From positions 1-56,332 of the forward strand of contig DIVR01000077.1 in the NCBI GenBank assembly GCA_002428325.1: a DNA stretch of 56,332 bases. The letters run 5' to 3'. The stretch comes from a bacterium UBP4_UBA6127. GTDB taxonomy: Bacteria; UBP4; UBA4092. This document shows positions 8,321 through 16,753 of this stretch, piece by piece; the first letter of the stretch is position 1; each line of letters opens with the position of its first letter. The translations under genes were made by a program, and so were the position numbers. Under the pieces are notes generated by a model. The model was not told the origin of the DNA. It worked only from the letters and a program-made list of their open reading frames with translations, and searched no databases.

Positions 8321-10303
8321 CTATTTCTTCATATCCGCCTCAGTGGGGGGAAGCACTAAATCATTCTTGGTTTTGGGAACCTGGATATTGCCGGAAGTCT
8401 TTTTCGGACTGGCAGAAATGGGCCGGGCTGTGGTATCCACACTTTCGATAACACCTGTCGGCCGGATATTTTCAGGGTTGGCATTTTCCACGGCATCCTC
8501 TTGTTTTGCCTTTTCTTCCATCAACATATCTACCAGTTCTTTTTTATTTTTTTTCTGGACCGAATCCGTGGTGGCATTACTGAGAGCTTTATAGAAATCA
8601 GGATAAAGCTGTTCAGATTCAATCCGTTTTCCGGTAACCATGTGGGGCGTCAGGAACAAAATCAAGTTTCGTTTATTATTGGATTTTGACCGGCTGCCAA
8701 AAAGGAGATGTCCGATAAAAGGAATATCTTCCAAAAGAGGAATCCCGGAACCGGATTCGGTTTTGTTTTTGGTCACCAAACCACCGATGACCACTGTCTC
8801 GTGGTTATGGACCTGGATATAAGTGCTGGCTTTGGCAGTAGTCGTCTTTACCCCGGAAAACTGGTTGCCAGTCCCTTCATTTAAGGTAACCGGGTCAGCG
8901 CTGGTATTCTCCAAAGATACTTTCATATCAATAACCCCATCGACATTGATGTGGGGTTTAACGGTCAGTTTCAACCCATATTCCTGGGAAGTCTGAGAAT
9001 AGTATTGCTGCTGATAACTCGAGCCTGACGCACTGGTAACCGGTTGAGTGTATAAGGTACTGTAAGGTTGGGTACCACCGATGGAGATCTGCCCTTCCTC
9101 ATCATTTTTTACCATGATTCGCGGACTGGCCAATAATTCAGTATTCGCTCCTAATTTACTGGCAGCCTTGGCCGTAGCACTAAAGTTTAAACTAAGCATT
9201 GAAGTCGAAGAATTGAAATAATCTCTAACTCCTTGTTGGAAATTATTTTTAAAAATATCGATGACAGCAGTGCTGGAAATGGAATACCCGGCGCCATAAG
9301 ACCAATCAATACCAAGGTCCAGGGATTTCTGGTAATCCATATCGACAATTTCAGCCTCGATATAAACCAACCGGTCAGGCTGGTCGAGGGCTTCAATGAA
9401 ACTCCGAATTTTGTCCATATGGCTGGGAATATCATCCACAATCACCCGGCTGTTTCGTTCATCAATCTTAATAATCCCTTTTTTGGTAACAATATCTTTG
9501 ATGGCCGCTTCAATATCCTTCGGTTTGGCATATTTCACTTCAAAGACTTCCAGTTGGGTTTCCACATCCAGGGATTCCACCAGCTTAGCGATTTTTTCAA
9601 CGGCGGAAGGGACATCCGTTACAATCAGGGAATTGGTCCGTTCATCGACCTGAATATCCCCTTTAGCAGTTTTAAGTTTATCCGCCTGGGTTTTGATATC
9701 CGAAGCAATGGCATATTTTATCGGGAAGATTTCAACTTCAATCAATACATCCAAAGTCTGGACAATCTGTTCAATCCGGGAAACGGATTCTGGAGTATCG
9801 GTTACCTGCAGGAGGTTGGTACGGTCATCCCGGATGATTTTTCCAGCTGTGGTCAGCATGGGGGTAATGGCGTTTTGCACATCCTGGGCATTGGTGTTGA
9901 GAATATAGAAGGATTTGGTAATGACCTGATCTTTCATATATTCATCATATTCAGCCTTGGTCATAATGGTGATGGTGTTTTCCACTCGAACCCAGACCCA
10001 TCCATTGGATTTGGTAATACTGTCCAGGGCTTGTTCCAGATTGGAATTATTCAGGGAAATATTGATATTCCCCGTGGCTCCTTTACTGGCAACCACTCCC
10101 ACCCCAAAGGTATCCCCCAATAGAGATAATACCTGGTTCAGGGGAGTATCGGTCAGGGACCCGGTAAAAGTCTTCTCCCCACCGGCCTGAGCATAAGCGG
10201 GAAAACTCCCGAAATTACTCAAGCAGAGCATGCTGGCAATTAATAATGCCATGAAAAGCCATTGGGCTGTTCCGGCCATAGTCAGTCTTTTAAATATTTT
10301 CAT
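8321..10303 (-). CDS. pilQ: type IV pilus / type II secretion secretin (PilQ/GspD family)
   Basis: 660 aa with a signal peptide, repeated N-domains and a C-terminal secretin domain ...GGLVTKNKTESGSGIPLLEDIPFIGHLLFGSRSKSNNKRNLILFLTPHMV. Confidence 0.85.
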   Translation of the reverse strand: MKIFKRLTMAGTAQWLFMALLIASMLCLSNFGSFPAYAQAGGEKTFTGSLTDTPLNQVLSLLGDTFGVGVVASKGATGNINISLNNSNLEQALDSITKSNGWVWVRVENTITIMTKAEYDEYMKDQVITKSFYILNTNAQDVQNAITPMLTTAGKIIRDDRTNLLQVTDTPESVSRIEQIVQTLDVLIEVEIFPIKYAIASDIKTQADKLKTAKGDIQVDERTNSLIVTDVPSAVEKIAKLVESLDVETQLEVFEVKYAKPKDIEAAIKDIVTKKGIIKIDERNSRVIVDDIPSHMDKIRSFIEALDQPDRLVYIEAEIVDMDYQKSLDLGIDWSYGAGYSISSTAVIDIFKNNFQQGVRDYFNSSTSMLSLNFSATAKAASKLGANTELLASPRIMVKNDEEGQISIGGTQPYSTLYTQPVTSASGSSYQQQYYSQTSQEYGLKLTVKPHINVDGVIDMKVSLENTSADPVTLNEGTGNQFSGVKTTTAKASTYIQVHNHETVVIGGLVTKNKTESGSGIPLLEDIPFIGHLLFGSRSKSNNKRNLILFLTPHMVTGKRIESEQLYPDFYKALSNATTDSVQKKNKKELVDMLMEEKAKQEDAVENANPENIRPTGVIESVDTTARPISASPKKTSGNIQVPKTKNDLVLPPTEADMKK

Positions 10304-10389
10304 TGAAAGAAACCTCCGTCCCGGGCAATCAATCTATCATAGGACCTGTAACATGTAATTTAGCAGTTTCATGGCTGGGATGATCCTTT

Positions 10390-11163
10390 CTAAGGAGTCA
10401 TCTCCATACTCATGGTGCCATATTCAAATACTACTTTATTTTGTAAAACCTGTTTCACGATGACATGCTGAAGGATATCGCCTTCTTTAACTTTATTATT
10501 TTTACCGTCACCGGTCAGGATAAAAGCTGTTTTTAAAGCCGGGATAGAACCTTTCAGTTTCCAGCCCCGGGTCAGTTCTTCAATCGGTTTCAGGGAGAAC
10601 CATTTAGATTCATCCGGATTATTTGCCAAAGCGACCTGAACTCGGTTCTGCATGGGTTCCACTGTTATTAGTTTCACTCCATCCAATACTTCCCCTACCC
10701 GAAGGTTATGGGAAAGAGCCCGGGTGTCCTGAACAATACATTCATCTTTGCCGATAATCTCCCATATCAGCCAATTCCGAGTCCGAACTTCAACCGTTTC
10801 ACGCGGCGGAGGAGGCGGCGGGGGAGGCGCAATCAACAGCCTGAACATATCCCGGCTGCCAATCCCTTTATAGGTTTCACCGCTGGCCAGGAAAGCTGTA
10901 GTATCAGAAGAAAATTGATGAAATTCATAAGGGGACTCATCTGCTACCATCGGTTTGGAAGCGGTCATGATCCCCAGGGGAATCCCGGTGGTGCTTTTCC
11001 CCAGCAAAGAAGCCGTATCCGCAGCCAGAGTCGCCGCAGTAACAGTCTTTTTGCGTTTTTTAGGTTTAATATCGCCGGAAGGGGTCGGCCAAAAATAATA
11101 ACCAGCCACTACCAATATAGCCACCAGGGCAAGGATTATGGTTGTCAGACGGTATTTCATCAT
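10390..11163 (-). CDS. PilP-like inner-membrane pilus assembly protein (TM helix, Pro8 linker, C-terminal beta domain)
   Basis: N-terminal TM helix, an eight-proline linker, then a beta-rich C-terminal domain. It sits between pilO and pilQ. Confidence 0.45.
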   Translation of the reverse strand: MMKYRLTTIILALVAILVVAGYYFWPTPSGDIKPKKRKKTVTAATLAADTASLLGKSTTGIPLGIMTASKPMVADESPYEFHQFSSDTTAFLASGETYKGIGSRDMFRLLIAPPPPPPPPRETVEVRTRNWLIWEIIGKDECIVQDTRALSHNLRVGEVLDGVKLITVEPMQNRVQVALANNPDESKWFSLKPIEELTRGWKLKGSIPALKTAFILTGDGKNNKVKEGDILQHVIVKQVLQNKVVFEYGTMSMEMTP

Positions 11164-11187
11164 CTTAGGTTATCCTGCCGAGGAGCC

Positions 11188-11763
11188 CTATTGGGGACCT
11201 CCGGCCTCCTCTTCTTTAGAAATGACTTTCCCGATTCGCAGGGTTGTCTGCAATATCGGATTTTGGGCTGATTTGGCTTTAGGGGTAATCTGAAGATATT
11301 CGATATAAAGGCCCCGTTCAACCATCCCCTGAAGGAATCGGCCCACAGTGGCTAAATTTCCCTCAAAGACTACTTGAATGGTATAGACCTGATAATCAGA
11401 CCGGGAGACTTTCCGTTTCCGGACAGGGTCCATTCGGTTGAACCGGACACCGGTTTCCCTCTGTAATTCATCGGTCTGCAACAGCAGAGTGTCTTCGGCC
11501 CGTTTCTGGGGGTCTTTCAATCGGATGATTTTCTGGTATTGTTCATAATCGGCCAGAATCTTTGATTCATTTTTCAGGAGCTGATTCACTTTTTTCAATT
11601 CAGCCTGTTTATTTGCAAGCCGGGTGGAGGTCCTGCTCCATTCATCCACCAGGGGATAAATAATCCAGTTAAACAGCAAAGCGCCGGCAATCACCGCGCA
11701 GGTTGCAAAAAAGATGGTTTTTTCCCGCCGGGTCTTAAAGAGTTTATCGAGGGATGAAATCAT
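11188..11763 (-). CDS. pilO: type IV pilus assembly protein PilO-like
   Basis: 191 aa with an N-terminal TM helix, coiled coil and C-terminal domain. Its start overlaps the pilMN stop at 11763. Confidence 0.6.
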   Translation of the reverse strand: MISSLDKLFKTRREKTIFFATCAVIAGALLFNWIIYPLVDEWSRTSTRLANKQAELKKVNQLLKNESKILADYEQYQKIIRLKDPQKRAEDTLLLQTDELQRETGVRFNRMDPVRKRKVSRSDYQVYTIQVVFEGNLATVGRFLQGMVERGLYIEYLQITPKAKSAQNPILQTTLRIGKVISKEEEAGGPQ

Positions 11764-13391
11764 TATTCTCTCCCCTCTTGGTTTTCGGCAGTACCGGTCT
11801 GGTCATCTTTCGCCGGTTTGATTTTACAAACCACATTAAATCGGACTACCTGCTTGGTTTCCATGGTATCGGTATTGGCATTCTGGATTTCTACCAGGGA
11901 GAAATGCCCGAGTTTTTCAACTTCAAACCGGAAATTAACGGCATCTTCCATACTCATGGCGACAGCGGTCAAAGTCAGGACCCGGTTACGTTCATAAACT
12001 ACTTTTTCCAGAGCCACCTGGCCGGGGATTAATTCACAATCCGTCAATCCGCTAAGGGTTTCCACACTGACATCGGTTTGAGAGACCATCTTCCGGATGG
12101 ATTCCAGCTGTTTCTGCATTTCCGCCAGTTTCTCGGTTTTAGGTTTTTTCATAACCAGGTCCCGGGATATCTTATTGATTTCATCCTGCATCCCGGCATA
12201 TTGCTGGTAGCCATAGACTCCGGCAGCAATAAAAAGAGCCGCCACCCCGATCCCAATTTGCCCAAAGAACCATTGGCGTTTCCGTTGAATCCGTTTTCTC
12301 AGGATTTCCGGGGGAAGCAGATTAACCGCCTCACCTCGGTCGGCATCCATCGCCCTTAAGGCAAGCCCGAAAGCTGTATTTAATTCAGGAAGAAGCTCAA
12401 CCGAGCCTCCACTATGTTCGGAAGTCACATAACTCACCGGTTTAACCGGTATCCCTAATTCTTTTTCCAGGTAATCTTTCAGGGTCGGAATCCGGGAAAG
12501 TCCACCGCTGAGGACAATCGAATCGATATGGCTGATACCGAATTCGTTAGAGAAATAATCAATCGACCGTTTAATTTCATTATCGACCCGTTCCTGCCAA
12601 CTGGCAACGGTATCCCGGAGGGTCTCTTTTTCATATGTACCCAACCCATAATCAGGTTGAGTAAAATCCATTTTCAGCAACATCTGCCGGGATTCTTCCT
12701 CAGAGACATTTAATCCTCTCTGGAAAGCCCTCATCAGCTGGGACCCCCCAATCGGGGTGGCACGGGTATATTTCAAAGCCTGGTTCTGCACCAGGAAAAG
12801 TTCCATGGAAGTGAATCCAAAATCCATTAACAGGAAGGTTTTATTGGGTTCTTTGAAAGCCGCCGAACGGGCCACTTTCAAACCCCGCATCAGGGCAAGA
12901 GCGCTGGAATCAATAGCATAAGGTTCCAGGTGCAAAGCTCTCAGCAGGTTTAACTGCTCTTCCACCGCATCCCGCCGGCAGACAGCCATCAGGACTTCGG
13001 ACCCGCCCAAATGGCTGGACCCGATCAATTCAAAATCAACAATATCTTCATCGGTATAGAAGGGCACATACTTAGCCGCTTCGAACCGGATCATCTGTTC
13101 TACTTCAGAAATGGAATTGGTAGGAAGTTTGATATAGCGGACGACAGCCGCCTGCTTGGAAACAGAAGTTACCAGGTGGGCGGGATGAATCTTCATCTCC
13201 GCCAGAAGCTTCTTAATCGCTTCAGCAGTCGGAGTTTTCTCCGGAGACGAAAAATCCACCACACCGACGGGAGCCTGAATCTCTATCATTCCCTGCGAAA
13301 TGATTTTGTAAGAATCTCCACGCCCGCGGCGTATCTGGACCAGCTTTACGCTGTCCGATCCAATATCTAATCCTGTAACAATAGGGGCCAT
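11763..13391 (-). CDS. PilM-PilN fusion protein (actin-like ATPase-fold PilM, then TM and PilN domain)
   Basis: N-terminus MAPIVTGLDIGSDSVKLVQI is PilM/FtsA-like. A central TM helix FFGQIGIGVAALFIAAGVYGY follows. The C-terminal half is PilN-like. Confidence 0.75.
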   Translation of the reverse strand: MAPIVTGLDIGSDSVKLVQIRRGRGDSYKIISQGMIEIQAPVGVVDFSSPEKTPTAEAIKKLLAEMKIHPAHLVTSVSKQAAVVRYIKLPTNSISEVEQMIRFEAAKYVPFYTDEDIVDFELIGSSHLGGSEVLMAVCRRDAVEEQLNLLRALHLEPYAIDSSALALMRGLKVARSAAFKEPNKTFLLMDFGFTSMELFLVQNQALKYTRATPIGGSQLMRAFQRGLNVSEEESRQMLLKMDFTQPDYGLGTYEKETLRDTVASWQERVDNEIKRSIDYFSNEFGISHIDSIVLSGGLSRIPTLKDYLEKELGIPVKPVSYVTSEHSGGSVELLPELNTAFGLALRAMDADRGEAVNLLPPEILRKRIQRKRQWFFGQIGIGVAALFIAAGVYGYQQYAGMQDEINKISRDLVMKKPKTEKLAEMQKQLESIRKMVSQTDVSVETLSGLTDCELIPGQVALEKVVYERNRVLTLTAVAMSMEDAVNFRFEVEKLGHFSLVEIQNANTDTMETKQVVRFNVVCKIKPAKDDQTGTAENQEGRE

Positions 13392-13558
13392 AAGCAGTTT
13401 TTAGTCTATTTTCCTAACTCATCTCAATAATTTGATTAAGAGGTAACATTATAACCTTATTTCCCTCTTTTTTCGATAAGCCCGGTTGCCAGAGGGAGAA
13501 GCTTAGCCGGTAATTTATCTATACTATCTCTTTATATAAAAGGACTACACAGCCTTGG

Positions 13559-14677
13559 TTAGAATTCCTGCCATTTCAAAATTTGGACTCGAACCCCTTC
13601 TTTAGCTCCCTTGAACTGGTTTTCCATCATTTCCATTTCCTCAGAGGTTAAGAGGGTAACGACCCATTCTCTCTTCACCAGGGCTTCCACCGTTGTTTTA
13701 GCTTTACCAATCTGGCCGGTACTCTGAATCCTGAATAAGTTGGAATCGGTACGAACTGTTCTAGAAAGCCGGGCTCCCAGCAAAGGATTTATCGGACCCA
13801 GTTCAGTTGCCACTTCTCCGGCATTGGTAAAAGGCTTATCATCCGAGGTCCCGGGTTCTCCATCCGACCCTAAAATCCTATCATTCAGGTTTTGAGCAAT
13901 GGAGATAGCATTTTCCACATCTTCATCAACCATACTTAAAATCATGGCTGTTAAGACTGGCAGTGGGGCCGTATTCACGTTTGTCATACCATCGCCTTCA
14001 ACAGTCAACAGGTCTATCAGGGAGACTTTCAAATCGGGATTACCATAAATACCCCGAGGCTCATAAAGCATTTCCGGCTTAAATCCCGGAACATTCAACA
14101 GTTCCACCGGGCTAACAAAGTCTTCATTCTTGAAATGTTCCTTGGCAAGCGTGGTATCTTTAGAACCGTAATAGAACTCCTCTTCGGTATAGGATGAATC
14201 TTGATTATAGTCACTGTCACCATCCCGATAATCGACGATGGCTGTGGCAAAATACTTAGCGTCATCCTCTTTATAGTCCAAGGCTTGGAATAAACCCTCA
14301 AACATTTTAACGGTAGCCTTGTTAATATTCATTTTACCCAGTTCATCCTGGATAACCACCGTATAAGTACCTTCCCCCAGGGGAATATCCTTATAGATTT
14401 TCTCGGTTTCCTCATTATTGGCCCAACAATCTCCAGGAGCGTCATAGATGGCATTCCGGGTTCGATGGTCTAAAATGGCATCATTCTTTAATTCCACCAA
14501 AGTACGTATCACACCGGCCCTTGCCAGGTAATAGGCTTGATGGGTATCCAATTGAGTCCTCGACATCCGGGCTTCTAATTGGAGTTCAATGGAGAAACCC
14601 AAGGCAATGACCGATAGAATCATCAATATCCAGAGGGTGGTTATCAGGATAACTCCCTGTTCTTTACCCAGCCTCAT
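13559..14677 (-). CDS. gspK: minor pseudopilin GspK-like
   Basis: 372 aa. N-terminus GVILITTLWILMILSVIALGFSIELQLEARM is typical of GspK. Confidence 0.7.
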   Translation of the reverse strand: MRLGKEQGVILITTLWILMILSVIALGFSIELQLEARMSRTQLDTHQAYYLARAGVIRTLVELKNDAILDHRTRNAIYDAPGDCWANNEETEKIYKDIPLGEGTYTVVIQDELGKMNINKATVKMFEGLFQALDYKEDDAKYFATAIVDYRDGDSDYNQDSSYTEEEFYYGSKDTTLAKEHFKNEDFVSPVELLNVPGFKPEMLYEPRGIYGNPDLKVSLIDLLTVEGDGMTNVNTAPLPVLTAMILSMVDEDVENAISIAQNLNDRILGSDGEPGTSDDKPFTNAGEVATELGPINPLLGARLSRTVRTDSNLFRIQSTGQIGKAKTTVEALVKREWVVTLLTSEEMEMMENQFKGAKEGVRVQILKWQEF

Positions 14678-15498
14678 TCGTTGGTTGCCTCTTTTACAAT
14701 GCTGGGCTTCGTGGAAGGAATCTCACAAAACCAGTCAAATTCTTCCCCTTCAGCTTTGGGGTTATCCGGGATTTCCAAGGTCATTTTGATGCGGACAGCA
14801 TCCGGCAAGTTATCAGGATACACACGGATGGCATCTTTCCGCTCCGGATCAAAAAGGGAGTCTTCCTCCTCAGCATCCTTGGGAGTCCGGTTGTCATCCA
14901 GCCGGGAATCCCATTTAGCAGCCCAAAACAGCTGCCCTGCTTTCTTATAGCCATAACTCAGCTCACAGGACTTGATGCCATGAACCAGGTCCTCATCCTC
15001 GGCAATGGTGCCTGTTTGTTCATCCACTTTCCGGTTTAACTTCTTATCTTCATAAGTATAAGTTATTTTAAAGATTCCCTGCCGTAGGACTTTCAACTTT
15101 CCCAGGGGAACGGACCCATAACTATAAAAAGTCATGGTGGTGGCATTCCCTACAAAATCATATTCAGCCTGAGAATAAGTAGTTTCATCCTGAATCCAGC
15201 TGGTATCTGTAGAATAATCAATATTTTGGGTGGTGTCCTTTTGGTAAGGTGCAATATCATAAGAAGTCTCATCAATCCCCAAGACACTTCTTAGGTCCCG
15301 CATTGTGATAGAGTGGAGGATTCGGGCCTCCTGAGAGAGTTCCCGCTGGCTGGTGCCTGCCTTATAAAGACCCAAAGCTGTCCTAAAGGTGCTGTAAACC
15401 GCCCCCATTATTAAGGTAAACAAAACAGCGGCAATCAATACTTCCAGAAGGGTAAAACCACTTTGGGCGGTTGAGGACTGTCGCCTGTTAATCCACAT
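14674..15498 (-). CDS. gspJ: minor pseudopilin GspJ-like (prepilin N-terminus GFTLLEVLIAAVLF)
   Basis: Prepilin-type N-terminal methylation motif. 4-nt overlap with gspK. Confidence 0.65.
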   Translation of the reverse strand: MWINRRQSSTAQSGFTLLEVLIAAVLFTLIMGAVYSTFRTALGLYKAGTSQRELSQEARILHSITMRDLRSVLGIDETSYDIAPYQKDTTQNIDYSTDTSWIQDETTYSQAEYDFVGNATTMTFYSYGSVPLGKLKVLRQGIFKITYTYEDKKLNRKVDEQTGTIAEDEDLVHGIKSCELSYGYKKAGQLFWAAKWDSRLDDNRTPKDAEEEDSLFDPERKDAIRVYPDNLPDAVRIKMTLEIPDNPKAEGEEFDWFCEIPSTKPSIVKEATNE

Positions 15499-15940
15499 AG
15501 GTAAGCCTCGAAGTCTCGTAGGTCACCAAGGTGATAGGGGTGATTGTCTGTCCTTTTTCCTCATAACTGACCGTCAGGGTGATTGTTTCGAATTTTTCCG
15601 GCTCCATGAGGATAGAGGAATCATCTATCAGGTATTCGGAAGATTCTTCTTCAACATCATAATCCCATTTAATATCAGGGTACTTATCCCCAAAATCCCC
15701 CCGGTCGCCCTCTTTCCGGTCTTCCTCAGGGGTATTCATAATCTCAAACATTTTCTGCTGGGCCAAGGTCAAGGCTAGTTGGTATTTCTGGCTGGTTTTG
15801 ATGATCTTGGTCGAGGTGGAAAAGGCCCCCAATACAGCCATCAGCCCCACCGTCATTACCATGACCGAGACCAATACTTCCAAAAGCATGAACCCTTTGG
15901 GGTTTTGATTATTAAGTATGAAGGATTTCATTGGATTCAA
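15488..15940 (-). CDS. minor pseudopilin GspI/GspH-like (KGFMLLEVLVSVMVM)
   Basis: Prepilin-type N-terminus. Overlaps the gspJ start. First gene of the operon. Confidence 0.6.
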   Translation of the reverse strand: MNPMKSFILNNQNPKGFMLLEVLVSVMVMTVGLMAVLGAFSTSTKIIKTSQKYQLALTLAQQKMFEIMNTPEEDRKEGDRGDFGDKYPDIKWDYDVEEESSEYLIDDSSILMEPEKFETITLTVSYEEKGQTITPITLVTYETSRLTYVD

Positions 15941-16076
15941 TTCATATTCCCTGGGAACCTGTACCTTATACTGTTTTGAAGGTAAAAGGCGTTGACTTAC
16001 ACCTCCGCAAAACCCACAGGATTTGTAGGAATTATATCATAAGAAAAGCCGGTTTCCCGGGTTCTCAAAGCTTCTG

Positions 16077-16421
16077 TTAGAGAATCAAGGGCGTGGCTTT
16101 CAAGAAGACCACAGTAACCCCTTCTCCCCCGGAATAAGTGCCTCCCGGGACAAATCGGCTGACCTGAGGATGATGAGAAAGATGTTCCCGAACCGCATTT
16201 CTGAGTTTACCGGTGCCATGGCCATGGACCAACCGAACCGGGGAGATTCCATAGACAAAGGCCTTATCCAGGTATTCATCCACTAAATCCAGGCTTTCAT
16301 CCACTCTTCTCCCATGAAGGTCCAGTTCTTCAGGTATATCACAGGCCCTGGTTCGCATACAAACCCGGATTTTCCCTGTCTTGGACTTTCTTTTTTTTGA
16401 GTTGGAATCTGGTCGTGGCAT
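16077..16421 (-). CDS. Smr (small MutS-related) domain protein
   Basis: Motif LDLHGRRVDESLDLVDEYLDKAFVYGISPVRLVHGHGTGKLRNAVREHL. Confidence 0.65.
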   Translation of the reverse strand: MPRPDSNSKKRKSKTGKIRVCMRTRACDIPEELDLHGRRVDESLDLVDEYLDKAFVYGISPVRLVHGHGTGKLRNAVREHLSHHPQVSRFVPGGTYSGGEGVTVVFLKATPLIL

Positions 16422-16753
16422 GAATTGGGTTATCGTTTTTCAATTTCAGTAAAAAAAGCCTGCCCTGAAGCTCTGGCAGGCATCTAACTAGATTACCATA
16501 GTTTGTTCATAGAGATAAAAAAAAGCCCGTATGGCAGGGGGGGTTCTGAATACCCCTAAACCTGAATAGAGTCCTCTCTTTTAATACCGATAGCTCCGGT
16601 CATCTTGACCGGTTCTGTCATATTATATTTTCATTAATCAATCTCTCAAAACCCACTTTCATACCTTATTTATATCTGTTAAAGTAATCCTGTTAATTTT
16701 TAATACATTAATTTTATTATAACTAATAAGAGGTTAACTGGAGGGACTATCCA

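Noticed and set aside
9233-10123. 296-aa plus-strand ORF inside pilQ
   Set aside because: It is antisense to a well-supported secretin gene. The product is low-complexity and rich in G, N, F and I, with no RBS, so it is a shadow ORF. The same reasoning applies to 8343-8594, 9396-9653 and 9693-9908.
10801-10830. Poly-proline (P8) coding tract in the pilP-like gene as a slippage hotspot
   Set aside because: The DNA is an imperfect GGN/CCN run (ggcggaggaggcggcgggggaggc), not a homopolymer or perfect short repeat. It is more likely a structural linker.
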